DNA of 64,000 bases, taken from Scenedesmus sp. PABB004. Its lineage: Eukaryota. This document shows positions 58,949-64,000 of the stretch, piece after piece. Under the pieces are notes generated by a model. That model was not told the DNA's origin. It made no database searches and saw only the letters and a list, made by a program, of their open reading frames with translations. Every line of letters starts with the position of its first letter. Position 1 is the stretch's first letter. The DNA is taken from contig JABVCE010000025.1 of NCBI GenBank assembly GCA_014905635.1, positions 62,001 to 126,000 of the forward strand, given 5' to 3'. Made by a program: the position numbers and the translations under genes.

Positions 58949-59882
58949 ATGGCGGGCATCAGCGTCGCGCCCGCGCCGGCTCTGAACGACGAGAACGCTG
59001 CGGCGGCGCTCGTGCGCGGGCCCGGCCTCAAGCCAGGCGCGCCGCCGCTGCTCGGGGGCCCGCCCGCCAAGGGCGGCGCGCCGCCGAGCGCGGGGCGCAA
59101 GGCCCTGGGGAGCCTCCCCAACGGCGGCGGCGGCCCGGGGACGGCGCGGCGCCGCGCGTTTGGCGCGGACCTCACCAACTCGACCGCAAAGCAGCCCGCG
59201 CTCGGGGGCAAGCCCGCCGGCGACGGCGGCCCGCCCGCGAAGCCGCCGCCGAGCGCAGCGCGCGCGGGCGCGACGCTGGCGGCGCCCGCGCCCGCGCCGC
59301 CCGCGCCCGCACCGTGGTGGGCGGCAGGGCCGCCGGAGCGGCCCGCCGGCAAGACGTGGGCGCAGCTCGAGGCGGAGCGCGAGGCGGAGGAGGACGTCGA
59401 GGTGCAGCGCTCCGTGGCGGCGCTCCTCGCGCCGCTCTCCGGCCGCGGCCCGCGCCGCCTGCAGGTGCGCGCGGGCGCTGGCCCGCCGCAGCGCCGCGCC
59501 CGGGAGCCAGCGGCGCCGACGCGCGCCGCCGCGGCCGCGCCGCGCGCAGGTGCAGGCGGACGACGACAGCGACGACGACGACGCGCTGCTGCGCCTGCAG
59601 CAGCTGCCGCCGCCGTCGCCGCCGGCCGGGCTCCTGGGACGCAGCAGCGGCGGCAGCGCGTGGCCGGCGGCGCCGGCGCCGGGCACGGACGGCTTCAGTT
59701 TTTTTGCTGGCAGCGGCGCGCTCGACGACCTGCTGCCGGACGTGCCGCTGGACGCGCTGCTGCTGGCGCCGGAGCCGCAGGCGCAGGTCGGGGCGGGCGC
59801 GGCAGCGCCCGCGCCGGCGGGCGCAGCCGCGCCGCGCCCGGACGCGCCGCCGCTGCGCAGCCCCGAGGCGCTGCCCTGGTGA
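58949..59882 (+). CDS. Disordered protein with DEN- and D-box degrons; candidate securin/PATRONUS-like
   Basis: NDEN, RKALGSLPN and RRAFGADLTN, with an acidic Pro-rich C-terminus. Intron 59465-59549. Confidence 0.65.
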
Positions 59883-60072
59883 GCTGGGCGCGTGCGAGCG
59901 CGGTGTACCACCAGCTGACTGCAGCGTGCGCGTGGGGCGGTAACCGTTAAAAGCACAGCGTGGCGAGGGTTCTGCGCGCTGCGCCGCTTGGGGCGAGTGA
60001 GGCCTGCTGCGCCGCGCCGCGCGACGCCACACCGCCGGCACCAGCCGCACACCAGCAGCAGCAGCAGCAGCC

Positions 60073-60576
60073 ATGGGCGGCGCGGCGTTTGTGTACGGCA
60101 CGCTCATGGCGGGTGCGGCGCGGCGCTGCTGCTCCGCGGCCCACCCCGGCCCGTGGCGCGGCCCGCGGCCCGCAGGCCGCTGCCTACCGTGTCCCGCGCG
60201 GCCGCGCCGCCGCAGACGAGGTGCTGAAGCTGCTGATCAAGCGCGTGCCGCCGTCACGGCCGGCGACGCTGGCGGGCTACGCCCGCTACCGAGTGAAGGG
60301 ACAGGTCTTTCCCGCGATCGTCCCCTCCAGCAGCGACAGCACGGTCGCGGGCAAGGTGGGCGCAGGCGGAGCGCGCGGCGGGCTGCTAGGGCTGCTGGGG
60401 CTGGAGCAGCGAGAAGCGCGCTGCTGCGCGCGCCGCCGGCCCCCACACGAGCCCGACCGGCCCGCCAGGTGCTCATGGAGCTCACTCCCAGCGAGCTTCA
60501 CGTCCTCGACGGTGCGGCACCTGCCGCGGCGCGTCGGTGCAGCGCTGCGCGCCGCGCGCCGCGCTCACGCGCTCAC

Positions 60577-60607
<31 letters not shown>

Positions 60608-61150
60608 TGCCGCGCACCGCCCGCGCGCGCCAGTCTACGAGGCGGAGGAGTACTACCGCGCGACGGTGCGGCCTGAGCTGGAGGACGGCGGGTCGCTGGA
60701 AGCAGATGTGTACGTCTGGAAGGACGAGTTCCGGTGCGCTGCGACAAGCGGGCAGCCGCGCAGCCCGGCGGCGGCGCCAGCGCGGGCGCTGAGGCGTCGC
60801 TCGCTCGCCTGCTGCGCGCGCACCGCGGCCCCTAGGCACCTGCTCGGCGGGGAATGGAGCTATGCCGAGTGGCGCGCGCAGCACCTCGCGGCCTGGGTCG
60901 AACGCCGTGAGTGACGCGCCGCCGCCGCCGCCGCCCCGCCCGCCCGCGCGCGCGCCGCCGCCCCGCCGGCCGCGGTGGCGCGCCCAGGGACCAGCTGCTG
61001 CTCGACCAGCCGGACTGGGACTTTGACGCCTTCATGGCGCAGCACCTGCCCGAATACCTGAACATGAGCGCAGCGTTCATGGCAGAGTTCTTCGCGGAGG
61101 AGCAGCAGCAGCAGCCGCTCGACGGCCGGCCGGCACAGCAGGCCGGCTGA
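60073..61150 (+). CDS. AIG2-like gamma-glutamylcyclotransferase-fold protein with two alternative terminal exons
   Basis: FVYGTLM, YARYRVKGQVFPAI, LDVYEAEEYYR and ADVYVW. Introns 60113-60215, 60356-60468, 60512-60633. The donor at 60734 joins either exon 60836-60914 or exon 60988-61150. Confidence 0.9.
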
Positions 61151-61793
61151 GCGCGCGGGCGGCGTCGGACCCCGCGCCGGCGCCGCCGCCCCGCGCGCCG
61201 CCCGCAGTCAGCCCAGACGGCGCCCACCCGAGCGGCGACCTGCGCGACTGACTGCAAGCGGGCATCGGGGCAACGGCGGGGCAGGACTGCATGGAGGGCA
61301 TGCACTTGGGCCGCGCGAACGCAACCATCGCACTTGCTGCACTGCGGCACTGCACACACCACGCCCCGGGCGGCGTGCAGCCCGGCGCGGCCGCGTCGCC
61401 GCGATTGCGGCGCCGCGCCGTGGCGCCTGGGGCCATGTCTTTACGCGGCGAGCGCGGCCGGGGGCTCCTGTGAGCTGCGTGACTCGGTGACGCGCGGAGC
61501 GTGCGCACGCGAGAGGCTCTCGCGTGCTCTCGCCGAGAGCAGCCCGAGCGGACAGCCGGCAGCCGCCCGCCCTGCACGGCCTTCGTGGCGCTCACCCGCA
61601 GCCTTTTCACCCGCAGCCTTTTACAGCGCTGACAGCCTTGCATCGACCGACCTCGGGTGCGCGTGTCGTCGGTCAAACCGTCAGTGCAACCGAGCGCTCG
61701 CAGCCCGCCAGCAGCTCCGCGCGCCAGCAGCGTCGCTCCGGCGTGTTTCCCGCGACCAGGCTCACCCCTCGGAGCGCGCCCAGGGCTCGCACC

Positions 61794-62617
61794 ATGAGCC
61801 CGTGGCCGCCGCCGGGCGCCGGCGCTGCTGCGGCGCCGGGCCCCGCGGCGAGCGCCCCGCTGCCGTCCTACCCCCGACCCTCTACCCACCGTGCTACCCG
61901 CCCCAGCCGCAGCAGGCGGACGCCAGCAGCAGCTGCTACTACGCGGCGGCCGCGGCGCCGCCGTGTGCCGAGCCGGCGCCACAGCCGTACAGCGCAGCTC
62001 AGGCGGCGCCCGCGTACGCCGCGCAGCCGCCCTACGCCCACGCGGCGCCAGCGTGCGCCGCCATCTACGCGCCGCCAGCGACCGGGCACCCGGTGCCGGC
62101 GGCGCAGCTGCAGCCGAGCGGCGCCGCTCACGAGCCGTGCGCGTGCAGCCCGGGCTGGGTGCTTTTTGGGCTCGGCTTCATCTGGCCGGTCTGCTGGGTC
62201 GTCGCCGTGTTCCTCCCGCTCTGCGTGCGCGGCCGGAACGTCCGCAACCCGGCGGTGAGCCCGGCGGCGCAGGCGCGCGCCCCGCCACGCGGCGCGCCAC
62301 GCCTACCTCGGACGCCGCTGCGGCCGCGCGCACAGATCGCGTCGGGCGTGCTGCTCGCCGTGTGCGCCGTCGTCGTCGCCATCGTCGTCGGCGTCGTGCT
62401 CTCGACCGCGCGCGCGGCCACCGGCACGAGCTGCTACAGCGTGGACGGACCTGGCGGCGTGCACTACGCTGTGTGCGTCACCCCCGGCGGCGCCGTGTCG
62501 ATCGTGGGCCCCGGCGGCGCGCCCATCGCCAGCGGTCAGCTCCCCTCTGGCGGCACCGCGGCCCCCTGGGGCAACGGCACGTCGCTCGCCGACGTCCTCG
62601 GATCGCTGCTGGCGTGA
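61794..62617 (+). CDS. Pro/Tyr-rich small membrane protein (resembles the plant so-called L18a-like membrane family), frameshifted as assembled
   Basis: YPP-rich N-terminus, PCACSPGWVLFGLGFIWPVCW and a further TM helix. Intron 62255-62335. One C appears missing from the run at 61871-61875. Confidence 0.65.
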
Positions 62618-62903
62618 GGAGCCGCGCGCGGAAGAGGCGGCGGCGGCGCGCGAGAGCACAGCACCCGGGGTGAACGGGCAACGCGTCCGCGGTGGACCGC
62701 GCCCGTGGACCGCGCCCGTCCGGCTCCCCAGTCAGCCGCCGGTCCGCAGCCCGACCCGTGCGCCTGTGGGCGTGCAGCACACGCGAGGGGCGCTGGCAGG
62801 GCGGCGTTTGGGCGCCGCTGCGGGCGGCTGTGCGCCGCACGATCGAGCAGCGCCGCTCGCCGCGCCGCTCGCCGCGCCCGCCGCTCTAGCAGCCGACGCC
62901 GCC

Positions 62904-64000
62904 ATGCTGCTGCGGTGCCGCGCGCCTGCGCGGCCTGTGGAGCGCGGCAAGGTGCGGGCGATCCCAGCAGCAGTGGCAGCAGCGGCAGCAGCGGCAGCAG
63001 CGGCAGCAGCGGCAGCAGCGGCAGCAGCGGCAGCAGCGCTGGCAGCGGCAGCAGCGGCGCTGACTGTCAGCGCTGACTATCAGCGCCGCTGCGCACGCCC
63101 GCCGCTCGCCGCCGCCGCTCGCAGCAGGCGCGCCGCTGCCACTGCCGCTGCGCCGGCAGTGGGCGGCCGTGGAGCGGCGGGCACTACGCGGCGTTTGCGG
63201 CGGCCGACGCGCTCGACGACGCCGCGCGGCGCCTGCGCATCCGCGCGGCGCAGGCCGCGCGGGCCGCGGGCGGCGCGGGCCTGCCGCCGGACCAGGCCGC
63301 CGCGCTCGCCGCGGCGGCGCAGGCGCTCGCGGAGCGGGACGGCGCCGAGGCGGCGCTGCGCGCGATGGACGCGGCGTCGCGCGCCGAGCGCTTTGACGAC
63401 GCCATCGCGCTGCGCGAGGCCAGCCTCGCGTGGCTGCGTGGGTGGTGGACGCTGCGCCCGGCCTCCGGCGGCGGCGCCGGCGGCGGCGGCGGCGCCGGCG
63501 CGCGCGCGAGCAGCCTGCTCCACGTCGGGCGCCGCGAGCACGGGCGCTTCACGGGCAGGTGTGTTGTGCGTGCGGGGCGGCCGCGCGGGCGCGTGCGCTG
63601 CGTGCGCGGCGGGGGCCCACGCGTGCCGTGCCCGCAGGCTCTTCACGCCCGCCGACCTCATGACCTTTGACCTGGGCAGCAGCAGCAGCAGCAGCAGCAG
63701 CGGCGGCGGCGGCGGCGAGCCGCGGCTTGACATGGCGGCGCTGCTCGCCGACCCGCGCTTCGGCACGCCGCTGTTCGAGGTCTTTGTCGCGCCGCCGCCG
63801 CCCGCGCCGGGCCCGGCCGACGGCGGCGACGGGGCGCGCGGCGGCGACCGAGCCGCGGCCGCGGCGGAGGCGTGCGCGGCCGCCGCTCACGGGTTGGACG
63901 CGCGGCCGATGGTCGTGGCGCTTCAGAGCGCACAGCGCGCGCTGAACGAGCTCCTCCGCGTCGTGCCGCAGCCGCGGCCGGCCGGCGGCGACGGCGGCCC
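62904..64000 (+). CDS. EXECUTER (EX1/EX2)-like plastid protein, 5' part (runs off the window)
   Basis: Transit-like exon 62904-62951, then UVR-like AERFDDAIALRE, LRGWW, REHGRFTG and GTPLFEVFV. Introns 62952-63127 (or 63124) and 63559-63637. Confidence 0.75.
   Translation, partial: MLLRCRAPARPVERGKVRAIPAAVAAAAAAAAAAAAAAAAAAAAALAAAAAALTVSADYQRRCARPPLAAAARSRRAAATAAAPAVGGRGAAGTTRRLRRPTRSTTPRGACASARRRPRGPRAARACRRTRPPRSPRRRRRSRSGTAPRRRCARWTRRRAPSALTTPSRCARPASRGCVGGGRCARPPAAAPAAAAAPARARAACSTSGAASTGASRAGVLCVRGGRAGACAACAAGAHACRARRLFTPADLMTFDLGSSSSSSSSGGGGGEPRLDMAALLADPRFGTPLFEVFVAPPPPAPGPADGGDGARGGDRAAAAAEACAAAAHGLDARPMVVALQSAQRALNELLRVVPQPRPAGGDGG
62965..63058 (+). repeat. Intronic 9-bp minisatellite (cagcagcgg)n
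   Basis: About 8-10 tandem units inside the first intron of the EXECUTER-like gene. Confidence 0.85.

Noticed and set aside
56665..61150. Gamma-glutamyl hydrolase next to a gamma-glutamylcyclotransferase-fold gene as a metabolic cluster
   Set aside because: Different predicted compartments, an unrelated gene in between, and no further pathway genes. Probably chance.
839..63637. Introner-like transposon origin for the abundant short introns
   Set aside because: Introns share only low-complexity gcgc/gccgc composition. I saw no family of near-identical sequences or terminal inverted repeats.
1..64000. Alternative genetic code or stop-codon reassignment
   Set aside because: Spliced genes translate into conserved proteins with the standard code and end at TGA or TAG, with no in-frame stops inside exons.

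Overview
Extremely GC-rich (roughly 80% by eye), gene-dense nuclear DNA of a eukaryote, most likely a chlorophyte green alga (Sphaeropleales-like; inferred from plastid-type genes, GTGCG-type donors and short GC-rich introns). Most long six-frame ORFs are artefacts of stop-codon scarcity. Manual splicing gives about 28 protein-coding genes with about 106 introns: GH79 glycosidase, class-3 lipase, UhpC-type hexose-phosphate transporter, THUMPD1, CCDC124, beta-carbonic anhydrase, TRM5, XRCC4, a DUF3054-like protein, AFG1, a D-2-hydroxyacid dehydrogenase, RRP1/Nop52, GME, organellar RqcH/NFACT, a P4H-like oxygenase, bL9, RBBP6/MPE1-like, METTL22-like, NUDT14-like, mitochondrial CPN60, gamma-glutamyl hydrolase, AIG2-like GGCT, an EXECUTER-like protein and several unknowns. 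No rRNA, tRNA, CRISPR or transposon was recognised. Highlights: (1) about 15 of about 106 introns use non-canonical GC donors, always as AG|GC(G/A)CG; (2) an intronless, apparently catalytically dead phage/bacterial-type HNH protein with a basic repeat tail; (3) a candidate algal securin/PATRONUS; (4) duplicated alternative terminal exons in the AIG2-like gene; (5) a 12-nt micro-exon and loss of the RING in the RBBP6-like gene; (6) four apparent frameshifts at simple repeats. All family calls are from motif recognition, not database searches.
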